NCBI GenBank assembly: GCA_040954595.2
Contig: CM082594.2
Span: forward strand, 11,660,276-11,724,275
Direction: 5' to 3'
DNA length: 64,000 nucleotides
Origin: Balanoglossus misakiensis
Lineage: Eukaryota; Animalia; Hemichordata
The position numbers and the translations under genes were made by a program. The notes under the pieces were generated by a model. It saw only the letters and a list, made by a program, of their open reading frames with translations. It did not search any database and was not told the origin of the DNA. Positions 15,285 to 26,359 of the stretch are shown one piece after another; within the stretch, counting starts at the first letter, position 1, and each line of letters starts with the position of its first letter.

Positions 15285-16340
15285 ATGGAGAACAAAACGA
15301 ATGTGAGCACAGAAGAACCTTTTTTCTTTTTCTTTCCAACCATGGACATGCCAGAGGTTCCAGATGGCTTTGAAATGACGTTGTACTGTATTTTCTTTCT
15401 GGTGATTGTATCCGGTAACACGTGGGTAATTGTTGCCATCATACGTCAGCCCAAACTTCGAAAGTCGCCCACGAATTGGTTTATCGCCTCCCTCTCCGTA
15501 TCAGACCTCATGGTGGCGTTCTTTCAAATACCGTACCACGTGATATACGAGTATTACCCACAATTCTTCAACTTGCTGAACAGCGATCTCTTCGTGTGCA
15601 GGACTTTTGCGTGGATGCAGTGGACATCGAGGTGCGCAACCGTCTTCTCGCTTCTCGGCATTGGCATCGACCGTTTTCGAGCAATCGTTCAACCTTTAAG
15701 ACCGAAGGTCACCCGCAATCAGGCCATGTTCATCATTGCCTGCGTTTGGTGTTTGTCGTTTGGTTACTCCAGCTACAAGCCAATCATGTTTGCACTGGCC
15801 CCGTTCACCAACGGAAACAACGTCACTTCATATTTCTGTGTCATAGCACGGAAATATGTCTACGCCAATTACACCCAAAAGTTCGCCATTATCGATTTTA
15901 TAGTCATGTATCTGGCCCCCTTGCTTGTTATAATAGGGCTGTATTCGGCCATGATTGGCACGTTGTGGTACAGAAAGGCGCCCAGCAATTCATCAAATCG
16001 AAACAAAAGAAAAGCGATTAAAATGCTGTTCCTCGTTGTCGTTCTCTTCGCACTGACCTGGCTACCTCACTATTATTACACTCTCTATTACGCTGTCACG
16101 CCGTTCCCCCAAATCCCGATGTCCATTTTCAGAACGATTTACATCCAATGGTACTTCGCCCACACTTCTTATGTCAGCAACAGTTGCATGAACCCGTTTT
16201 TGTATGCCTACTTCAACGAGAACTTCCGCACCGAATTTTTTCGCATGTTTCCGTGTCTGCGAAAATGCAGAAAGGGCAATAAAATAGAACCGGGATTCCA
16301 GACATACAACGACACTCAAGCAATATCTGTAGTCCAGTGA
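15285..16340 (+). CDS. Class A (rhodopsin-family) GPCR, neuropeptide-receptor-like (tachykinin/RFamide/RYamide receptor group), intronless CDS, ~351 aa
   Basis: Seven hydrophobic segments; GN in TM1, LSVSD in TM2, DRF at end of TM3, TWLP in TM6, NSCMNPFLY (NPxxY) in TM7; N-terminal N-glycosylation sequons (NKT, NVS). ATG at 15285 lies 17 nt after a pyrimidine-rich acceptor (ttctgttgacag, AG ending 15267). Confidence 0.93.
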   Translation: MENKTNVSTEEPFFFFFPTMDMPEVPDGFEMTLYCIFFLVIVSGNTWVIVAIIRQPKLRKSPTNWFIASLSVSDLMVAFFQIPYHVIYEYYPQFFNLLNSDLFVCRTFAWMQWTSRCATVFSLLGIGIDRFRAIVQPLRPKVTRNQAMFIIACVWCLSFGYSSYKPIMFALAPFTNGNNVTSYFCVIARKYVYANYTQKFAIIDFIVMYLAPLLVIIGLYSAMIGTLWYRKAPSNSSNRNKRKAIKMLFLVVVLFALTWLPHYYYTLYYAVTPFPQIPMSIFRTIYIQWYFAHTSYVSNSCMNPFLYAYFNENFRTEFFRMFPCLRKCRKGNKIEPGFQTYNDTQAISVVQ

Positions 16341-16993
16341 TCTTATAGCCATATTCTTAGTAGTAAACCGGTCTTCTCACTTGATAGGCCATGTTTTAGC
16401 GTTTTGTGTGAAGGGTATATTCAAAGAATAGGGAGTAAAATATTTATTGTGAAACACTTACAGGTTAATGTAATTTGTTTTTCAGTGATGTAAAGAGTTT
16501 TAAGTAGTAGCTATAGGGAAACAATTTTGTGTAGTATAATTATTTCCTTTGTTTTACCAACAAGCTCATTCGTATGAACAACCTTCTTCATCCGCATGAG
16601 TCAGTCACGTGACACAACAATACTGATACTATAGAGGATCAAAGGTTATGCTAAAATAGCAAAAATCAGCATTAATGAATACTTACAAATGGTTTTTGAG
16701 TAATAGATGTCAAGAAAGCGGTAGCCGCGTGTTAGAACAACACGTGAAAATCGAAAACTATTACGAGTGCACCATTTGAAACAAAGGGCATTATCATATT
16801 TTTGGAAAACGTGTAAATATTCAGAAGAGGTATTGTATTTTGTGAAGAATGTTTAGTGGCTTATAAAGAATTTGGAGAAATAGTTTGAAGCCAAATTGGA
16901 AGGAATACATTGAGAGTAGTAAACGGTGGCAAATATTTAATGCCAGAGTTGAGTATTTAAAACTACATTCTAATAAATGGTGCATCACTTGTT

Positions 16994-17660
16994 ATGGCCA
17001 GTATGAAAGAACTGCCTCAGGAACTTGACAAATACTATGTGTACATAGTCATTTTTAAAATCTTCATGTTTTACTTATATTGTTTAAATATTATTGGATA
17101 AAATATATAGATGTTTTCGATCATTAATTTTACTAATACATGTATTTATCACTTACTTATTACTAAGGTGTGACATAAAATTGTCATAATAATTTTTTTC
17201 TTCAGATGTTCACATTAAATAATCACATAGTTTCATTCACCAAGTTGACGTAAAGTTCAACATTTTACCGCATTGAGTACTGCGTTCAGTTTTATTCAAA
17301 TAAAAGGTGCGTCTCTGATCATGGCCAGTATGAAAGAATTGCATCATAAAGAGCAACATGTACATAGTTATTTTTAAAATATTCATGTTCATCGTATATT
17401 TTTAAATAATTGGATGAAATGTATAGACACATACGACAATTTTCATCTTGACAGAAATTTCACCTAACATCTTTATTTGTATTAATAAGTGTATTTATTA
17501 ATTACGTAATACATGTAGTACTTAAGTATGACATCACAGTGTCTTAATAATGTTACCGATTTTCACATTACATTATCTCACAATTTCGTCCACTACATTC
17601 ACATAAGTTCCAAATTATACCACATTGATTGTTCGGTTTATTTAGATATAAATGAGTGAG
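16994..17660. repeat. Degenerate tandem duplication of a ~330-bp AT-rich unit downstream of the first GPCR
   Basis: atggccagtatgaaagaa...gtacatagt.atttttaaaat.ttcatgtt...ttggat.aaat.tatag...ttcacatta occurs in the same order from ~16994 and from 17321. Confidence 0.7.
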
Positions 17661-18291
17661 TAACGATATGCATAATTTTGTCAGGCCAGTAACACAGTAA
17701 AGTTGTAGGTCAGTTTGTGTAGATATATATCACGATTATATTACTGTGTGAGTGACACAGACTTCAGTTGTTTTCTGTACAGAACGTACAGAATGTGTTT
17801 CTCAAACGGTGGAGGTCTTTTTATCACGCAGTGTTTGTGCTTGTGCTCACATTGTATTGTCGGGGTTTGTGCGATGTTTCAATGAATTCAGTTGTTATCA
17901 AGAATAAATCAATATGTTATGAAAATGTAAATAGCGACCATGTTTTCATTTCTAGATTCAGTCACTTGATTAAAATGTTATGATTAGTTAAAGAGGTATG
18001 TGATACATCATTTTGTGCGTAGTGTTTAAAACCAGCACAAACTATTTGAGAACCATGCCGCAGCCGACAAACTTTGAGGGACGTCCAGTTTGACGTATCA
18101 CTGATCAAAATTTAAAATTTTGCCTGCAATTTGAGGCTAGGTGATCAACGACGGTGTTGTAGTACTCGACAGGATGACCAAGTCCGTAGCACACCCCCCC
18201 CCCCTTTGAATTTATACATGTAGCAGGAGGCATTGTCCTCTCACTGGATGTCCCGGATGAAACGCACAGAGGCACAGAGCATACGCGAGCA

Positions 18292-18666
18292 TAGTCTGGT
18301 TCCCTGCCCCAATCCCACCGCTGGCTGCGCTACGCTAAAGGGAAAGGGGTCAGGTACGGCCCGATTTCACACCCAGAAACCTGGGTGTGAAACAAGATGG
18401 ATGCCTCCAATGTCCGTATGCCAGTCAAGATTCATCCAGGCAGTTTATTTTGTTTCGTTTGTTGTAAAGTTGGAAATCGAATGATAAACATTCATGGATG
18501 TGAAGGAGAGAACGGGAAATGAGTATCTTACAACAACTTATCAATTTAACAACTTAATTTTCGTATGTATTGACCAATGAGAGCCATGTTTACAATAGGC
18601 CGTGCCTGACCCTTTCCCTTTAGCGTAGCGCAGCCAGCGGTGGGATTGGGGCAGGGAACCAGACTA
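18292..18666. mobile_element. Non-autonomous DNA transposon (MITE), 375 bp, ~70-bp TIRs starting TAGTCTGG, 9-bp TSD ACGCGAGCA
   Basis: 18292-~18361 (tagtctggttccctgccccaatcccaccgctggctgcgctacgctaaaggg...) is the near-perfect reverse complement of ~18598-18666. The identical 9-mer ACGCGAGCA flanks both ends (18283-18291 and 18667-18675). No coding capacity. Confidence 0.9.
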
Positions 18667-19505
18667 ACGCGAGCAGAACAAGACTGAACCGAACGGCGAG
18701 AGTTTAGCAGTTTTTTACCATATCTAGCCAACTTTACAAGCGATACTGGCATGTACTTTGAGTATACAACTTTGCAAAGAGCCAGAGTTAGACAGCAATA
18801 CCTGGAATACACCAGAGGTTGACTCGCGACCGATATATTATAGCCGTGCATCGTGGATGTAGAAGGTAAAGGCGTCATTTGACCATTGTGTAATCTGAAG
18901 CAACACGCGTGTCGACCCTCGAAACTCAATGGATACCTTCATAACACGCTCCAGTTGCAGGGAAGCCATTTACCGAAGAGAAGAACAGAGTTTAAGTGCG
19001 ATAGTTTGTGGGTAAGTGTATCTTATATTATCTCACGAAAGCTTTATATTCATGATGGGAAACGTGAACGTGTGATGTGTGCATCCTTTTCATTCATGTC
19101 AACGGTTTACACGAATTCCCACTCAGAGACACGCGGATGCGTTCCACCTGTGGTATATCTTGAATATATTATTTTCATGAGACGACCAATCAGATTGCTG
19201 CATTTGTACCATCGACCTCTGAGCTGCGCGCAAGCATTAGGGTCACGTTTTGTTCATCTGTTTCAGAATACTAAAAGAGAAATCGCCAATCACAAGGGCC
19301 GTAGACTAAAACTAAGTAATTCTCCGCACTTCATATTGTATTGAAGCTGGAATAGTATAACCCGGAGAGATGCTATTCTGAATACACCATGTTACCCGTC
19401 ACCATATTCTGTACGGATGCTTCTCTTCGACTATTCACGTTGAATTATGTTGCTTCGTACATTTTAGATTGTTAGCGTTTTCAGTCCAGTATAGGACATT
19501 TCCCG

Positions 19506-22500
19506 CTACAAATCTCTTTTAATCATGTCGGCCCCCTTTTCAGCTATCATGATGACAGGGGCGTTGATGTTACCAGACGTTAGGTGTGGCATAACAGACG
19601 CGTCGACAACACGAACATTATCCAGACCGCGCACCCTGCAATACCATTAAAAAGAATTCGTTAGACTAACATGATTCTTATAAATAAATGAAAGTGTCCG
19701 TGGGAAAGATATCTCGATGGTATTAATATTTTAGATTAATGTTTGAGTATTTATATCTGTAGAATAGATTGTTATCACTATTCGCGATAATGTTCATGGT
19801 AACCAATGCCATTGTAACTGATGCAATGGATGATATTATTCATTGGAAATATATTTGATGGGCGACTTATTCAAAAGAAACGACTCGCCAAGTCTGTGCC
19901 TTCGGCCAATGGCGTGGATGATATGCACAGTGTATTATTGCCAAGTACACATTGTAAGCTGTTCGATAAGCAAAGTTAACTTTTTATCAACTTTGTTATG
20001 ACATATTGGATTTTTACCTGAGCGTTGGGTCCACCACCGCCGAAGGGTCATCCTTCGCGCCCATTTTACACGTGCCGCACACGTGCCAAATCGTCAGTGT
20101 CAGGTGGCGAATGACGTGCTCCCAGTATTTGTCACTATCGAACTCATGGGGGCAGTTGTCAAATTTGAAATATGATGGAATGAACCTGGTGAAAAATGGA
20201 GAGGTCGCATTCAATCTGACTGAAGGGCCCATATCTTTCTTTCTCTGTCTCTCTCTGTTTGTTTGTCTCTGTCTGTCTGTCTCGCGCTCTGTCTGTACCT
20301 CGTTCCTTCTTTCTCTGTCTGTCTGTCTGTCGACATCAATCAATCTCTCTCTCATTACATCAAAATGAAAAGTAATAACATACCCGTAATCACTGAAAGC
20401 TTTTGTGCTTGCTAGCTTCTGAATAACACGGATTCCCTGAAATACAAAAAAGAATATTACCAGTTCAGTTCCAACCAAGTTCTGCCCGATAGATAACATC
20501 ACATAAATGAATCATATGAATCATATTACTCACTCGAATCATCGTCTTTACATCATCCGGGTCTTCCAGATAGCAAGGATCTAGTAAGGGTTGGTCCAAC
20601 GGGTTTTGGCTTTTCAGCCTCACTGTGCCAAGGCTCTTGGGATGCAACAGTCCCGGTTGGAAAGACACCCCTTCTTTGGAAGCCAAGTCACAGGAAGTAT
20701 ACTCCAGCGCTTTGTCAAACCTGTGTATACACCCTTTTCATAAGTCTAGCGCTCTCACGCAGCCATCATGAATTTGAACTCAAAGTGAGGCCAATGGGGT
20801 AATCCCCTTGATGTCCAAGATAGTGTAATTATGAGTGTTGTTAGGTTTGTCAGTCCGTGCATTCAGTATGAGTATATACAAAGTAAACAAACTACAGAAT
20901 ACTTACTCATCGCGAAAGTTGCAAACTTCCTTTTCATCGGGTCCGAAATAATAGCATGGCGAGTAGTAGATCTGAATGTCTGGCCATGGAATGTTCTCCT
21001 GTGAAATGAGACAAAGTTTTGTAGATTCAACATACGTGGTGCATCTTGCACACTTGGACACTTTCACATAGAAAGAAAATACGCCATCACCGTCAATAAA
21101 TGCCAAATTATATAAGTTAATGTCGTCTTGCAAAAAATGATAACCCCTTGATAATATTCGACATTGAAAAATCTTTATGTTACTAACTTCATTCACTTTG
21201 TTCACAGTGACCTTATGGGCGTTGGACAAGAACAAGACGAGCTTCAATTGAGGTGAGTTTATTCAAATATTCATTCCAAACCAAAGCAAGAATTGGGTAA
21301 TAATAAAAAAGGGTTTTTTACTTTATAGGAAGCGTTTTATAACTGTATAATGCCAACCTTATTTTGTGGGTTCAGAATAACACTGCCCAAGGCTCATGTC
21401 TAAGGCATAAATGAGTAACGTTACCTCAGTCTTGAGAAATCCAGTAAGTTCGATAACGTTTGATGATAGCCAATCCTACAATGATAAAGGGTGAATTTAC
21501 CCAAATAATAATTTAAGATGACAGGCGTACAAAGGTCATTGAAGATAATTTACAAGTTTGTATCCCCCTACAAAATCGTGGACAGACCCTTAGGCTGTTG
21601 TAGTCTAGTCGTATAATTTAAGCTGTAATAAATTATGTATTGAAATCAGTACTCACCTCCGAAATACCTCCACCAGTTACAGTTGCCTGACACTTCATAA
21701 TCGTCAAGATGTGATCCTGAAAAGATAAAAAGTATATAACTAACGCACCCTCATCTAAACACTTTCAATTATACGCCAAATTAAACTTATGAATGGATAG
21801 CCATGAATGAAAATGTTTTCTTGATGCCATGATTCAGCTTGAACGGCCGGTCGTCAGGTGAACTCACCTGCATATTGTCACCTACAGGAAGGTCGCACAC
21901 CACGGGTATTCCCAATTCTTCCAGGTGGGCTCGTGGTCCAACACCAGACAACATTAACAGCTTTAAAGAGAAAACAATCCCTTTTAGGGTGGCCAGACAT
22001 TCTCAAATCAATATGACTATTATCCGAAATTGTAAATAAAATGTAAAATACTCTCCCAATTTGAATGGAGTCCACCCACCTGGGGAGATGCCACGGACCC
22101 AGCCGATAATATGAGTTCCTTGTTGACGCGTACACATCCAGTTTGTCCATCTTTAAGGAATTCCACATAAGTCGCTTTTTTCTCTTGAAACACAATCTGT
22201 AACACGCATAATTGTCAGGATGTAACTTTCGATTGAATAAGCAGGCCTTAAGAGGTGCATTTTAATTTTCGATTTAAACGCACGCCTCATGTTCCCAGTC
22301 AATAGTCTAAGAAAATGTAATCTTCTATTGGTTTTTACTTTTTCATCAATTTATTTGCTCGATATTTTTGTTCGTTCAACGAGCACTTTACTCCATATGA
22401 ATCACTGTCGCTTGGAGAAATTGATTTGTAAAAGCCCACACGATCTAAAGAAAATAATTTCAGGGATTTTACTTTTGTGGCTAATGTCTCTGTCCAGATG

Positions 22501-24101
22501 GTCAAATTTGTCCTCGTCTTCACTGGGTTCAGGAAACCCACAGCTGTGCTGCAGCGATTACCGTCTTTAATTGTGGCTTGGATGTAATTGAAACCAACCT
22601 GGACAAAAAAAACAATATTGTCAAAAAATTCACAATATTTTTGCATATTATTTTGGAAACATACTTTAGCAATCTGCAGCAGTATAGTAAGCCACTGCAC
22701 GAGATACTTTGAGATACTCACCGGGTCTATACAATTGTTGGCGTCGTTTATCTTGAAGCCAAGTTCTCTTGCTGTGGATAAATAATGGTGAGAACATAGA
22801 AACAGCAAAACAAATATCTCAATTTGTAAATAATGGTTATCGCAAGTGATCTGGACGCGCGAGGAAAACTGTCAATAAAGGATGACTGATAGCCATGGTA
22901 ACATCTCTCCGAAGTCAGGGGGGATAAAGTCCTTACCTCCTTCAATGACAACTTTGCCGTATTCACATCTCGGAGAAACATCAGATACGGTCAATGGACC
23001 TCCTGAAGCATGGTAGTCAGTTTTCAAATATTCCTCACTAGGAAAAATATAGAGAGAATGCACACAAGTGGCCATAACAGGCAAATGTCTAGAAAACATA
23101 AAACAGATCGCGTCTATTAACTGTAAACAGATACACGAAGATACGTGGGCAGTGGATACGTTGGCAGTATTGTTGTTGTTGTGGTGGTGGTGTCGTCATC
23201 GTCTCTGTGTCGATCATGACATTTACCTAGTGTTGTTTTCCGATTTGAGAAAGTATGGCAGTACTTCATCATAACTCCATCCTTCTGCTCCAAGTCTTGC
23301 CCAGGAATCATAGTCTTCCTTGCATCCCCGAACATACTGCATTCCATTAATACTGCTAGAACCACCAAGGACCTTTAAGCACATAGTGATATAATCGTGA
23401 TTTTAGAATTAAGGGATACGGCTGGTTTAACATGGTGGTGCAACAACTGTGTATTACACTGTACATCATGGCAAACAGTACATTGTGACTTTTTATCACA
23501 TTTCCAGTGTTCTTTTACATAAAATATATTGGTTGACTTGATCTCCTTGCACAGTACTAAGAACAATACTGGTGGTGTGTCACGCATGTGCAGTTCAGAC
23601 GACCCTCCACTTTGACACGTCTTCATTCTTACCTTTCCTTTGCTCCACATGCAACAGTTGTCTTTCATTGCAAAACAGCCATTCTTTTGAGGTACAGTCT
23701 GCAAAGGGTTAGATAAAGCAACGTTTAGTCCCTGTAAACAGTGTACACAGGAATACGTGGATACTTCCAGGATTTAAATTCTTATAAGTACCAAAATTGG
23801 TTGTTCATGTACACACAAACACATACACACACCACACGCCACACACACAGACGGACGGACAGACAGACAGACGGGATGATTGGCTAACACATAAACGCAC
23901 CTGATACTGCCAGTCTACTTCCGTGCCTAAAAGTGTGTCGGCTTTGATCGGTATGTGGATGTCAGGCTTCGTATCCTCGGGACCAGCTTCCAATAACAGA
24001 ACACTGATGTTCTCATTTTCTGACAAACGATTTGCGAGCACGCAGCCAGCGCTGCCAGCTCCGATGATCACCAGGTCAAACTCGTCCTTACCGTCCGCCA
24101 T
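19506..24101 (-). CDS. GMC oxidoreductase (glucose/choline/alcohol dehydrogenase-like FAD enzyme), 15 coding exons, ~546 aa
   Basis: Exons (minus): 24101-23901, 23698-23633, 23372-23227, 23037-22937, 22771-22722, 22598-22473, 22196-22080, 21960-21868, 21716-21657, 21475-21425, 20998-20907, 20720-20534, 20436-20384, 20185-20018, 19635-19506. All introns are GT-AG and phase-consistent (1641 nt). Motifs: [11 protein letters not shown] (FAD binding), [56 protein letters not shown] (catalytic His), [17 protein letters not shown] (catalytic Asn). Confidence 0.92.
20236..20352. repeat. Imperfect (TC)/(TCTG) microsatellite in GMC intron 13
   Basis: Runs of tctctg/tctg seen directly. Confidence 0.7.
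23810..23872. repeat. Compound (CA)n/(ACGG)/(ACAG) microsatellite in GMC intron 1
   Basis: acacacaaacacatacacac...acggacggacagacagacag seen directly. Confidence 0.7.
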
Positions 24102-24490
24102 TAGTGTATCACTCTCACTCACGCCGGTGTCCTAGTCAGGTCAGGGTCATAGTGAAAGTGATCGTTCGAAATATCACAATAGTCGTTTGGTGATTTTTTG
24201 TCTTCATAAAGATTCTCCATACTTTTCGTGTATTTGCTAGCTTTGAGCGAGTTTCTGTTACTGAGCCAAGTTTCGAATTCGGGGCTGGACTTCTGGTTTC
24301 GGTACCGACCACGCCCACATGATCCTCCACACACTCTACATAGAGAAACTCGGAACAAAATTGTCTGAAATGTATTTATTATGAAATAATGAGGCCTATA
24401 GACTTGAATCAAGTCTAGGTGTGATGGTGTGTGGACGAGGTGGTATACATTTCAAGCCTTCGCAGATATTACGCAGTCAAGGTCACACAT

Positions 24491-24543
24491 TTGTCTGGTC
24501 CCCTGCCCCATTCCCACCGCTGGCTGCGCTACGCTAAAGGAAA
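24491..24543 (+). mobile_element. Solo/truncated TIR fragment of the same MITE family as 18292-18666
   Basis: ttgtctggtcccctgccccattcccaccgctggctgcgctacgctaaagg matches the left TIR at 18292 with about 3 substitutions. No partner TIR seen. Confidence 0.8.
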
Positions 24544-24813
24544 TTTCCATTGAAATTGTGCACATTTTGAAGGGGTAAACAATTTTTTAATCTTAAAAAA
24601 GTAAAGGGCCGACCGCCCAAATACATACATACATTTTAACACAAAATTATGTCAATTTTATCAACATAAACAATGTATTCCCAATGGAAAATGTCGAATA
24701 TTTTTTAAACCACGCCTACCAATACAGTCAAAGGGGGAGCTCTTCTCTAAAGCAAACAAGAGGGAACAATATAAGTTTGTGAATGGCATTGCTTATCTAA
24801 CACCCCAAGGAAA

Positions 24814-26359
24814 CTACAAATCAATTTCAATATCTGGTGATTTCAGATACTCGGGAAATTTATAACCAAAAAGTTTGAAATCCAACTCGTATAACCTGTA
24901 CAAATCAGTTATCTGCTGGGCAGTCAACTGATTGAAGTAATGTTTAATTTTATCGGTGCGAGAACTGTTTGTCGATATGGGATCAGTTTTTGGAAATGTC
25001 ACGTTGACTCCCATTCGTTTCAAAATATAATCGGAATCTTGTTGCTGTGTTTCGAGATGTCCGATGTAATCGTATTTGACTTCGCACGGACAACAGACTC
25101 GGTACATCGGCTTAAAATGCGGGTCCAACTTGTCGATTCTCTCGTCGTTGGTGCCCACTCCAACGATGAAGTCGACGAAGTTTGAAAACGTTAGACTTGT
25201 CGGCCTCGTTCCCGTTTCATCCTCGATCATTTTCAAGTGTCTTGCGATGAAGTCAGCATCGGGGTCGTGTGCTACCTTGTCAGTGAAACAAGAGACGAGG
25301 CGCGAAAATGGATGGCGTACAAACATGAACCGTGTCGTGTAGCTTGCCACAATTGCATCCCTTTCCTCTTTCAGTTTGTACTGGTTCAAATGTTTGTAGT
25401 ACTTGTCGAGACGTTTCCTGAAGTCGGGGGTGATGTCAGCGACCAGTCCCATGAATGTTCTACCCCAGTTCGAACTTCCAACTTTGAAGATTTCACAGTA
25501 GAGTGTCTTGTGGGCTTCATCGACTAAGGTTCTTCCGTACGCGTGGAAGAAACATCGCTGGTCAGTGTTGTAATTCTTACAACCTTCTGATATCAGTTCG
25601 AGTCTCTGTTTGAAGATTTGTTCGACCGGGGTGCTCTGGGAGGAAAATGACAGTGAAGAGAATAAGATGTCATTCTATTCGACGTTTGGCATTGCAGCCA
25701 TGGTAACCAAACTCGTGATAGATTGATGTATTGTTTCTCTGAGAATAGGAATTCGAATCATAGTTGTCGTAGTAAATGATTTGATCAAATGATGGTCTAT
25801 TTTTTTGTCTATACCAATTGCCTCTTACATTACTCTCCGCCTGCTTGGTCTCCTGACGTGGGTTTTCTTGGTCGTCTGGTGCTTGCATCTGCTGGACTGC
25901 AATATTCTTCGCATTGATGTTGGACTGTGTCGCCTGCACATCCGGGAACTTTTCTTGTGCCTGCTGTCCGTTCTTTGGTACCCCTGGTGGCGGGGCTTCA
26001 AGTAGTTCGCCAGATTTTTCGATATCCACTACATCTTCCGAGTGGGCATCCCTTGGCGCTGGCATCTCTATGAAGGAATATTCTGGCGAAAGCAGATTTG
26101 CCACAATGATTAAATTGTTAACTCAAACGAAATTTCCACGTTTACGTAGAGCAGAAAATAGAACATACGAAATGTTTCTCAAAACGTCCTTCTTACCTGT
26201 GACATTTTCATTGATGGGTACAAATGCTATATAAAGTGTGAGGAAACTGAAAGCCAGCAGCGAAATCAACAATTGTCGACGTTTACGGCGTAACATTTTT
26301 CTCAAAGGCGTGGTTCTGTTACCGACTTCACAGACACTTTTGCTGTTGTTGATTACCAT
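24814..26359 (-). CDS. Golgi carbohydrate sulfotransferase (Sulfotransfer_2; CHST8-14/HNK-1ST-like), type II membrane protein, 3 coding exons, ~412 aa
   Basis: Exon 26359-26197: basic RRKRR plus TM segment QLLISLLAFSFLTLYIAFV. Exon 26082 (or 26067)-25829: Q/E/P-rich stem. Exon 25635-24814: catalytic domain with YCEIFKVGSSNW (5'-PSB), FMFVRHPFSRLVS (3'-PB), HFKPMYRVCCPC, YDYIGHLET and LYELDFKLFGY. Phases are consistent. Confidence 0.88.

Noticed and set aside
15422-16021. 199-aa alternative-frame ORF inside GPCR1, and similar overlapping or antisense ORFs in the GPCR2, TRIM, Kelch and RUSC exons
   Set aside because: Shadow ORFs of real coding sequence with no motifs of their own.
18292-24543. 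Composite transposon carrying the GMC gene
   Set aside because: The outer TIR copies are in direct, not inverted, orientation, and the 18292-18666 element already has its own TSD.
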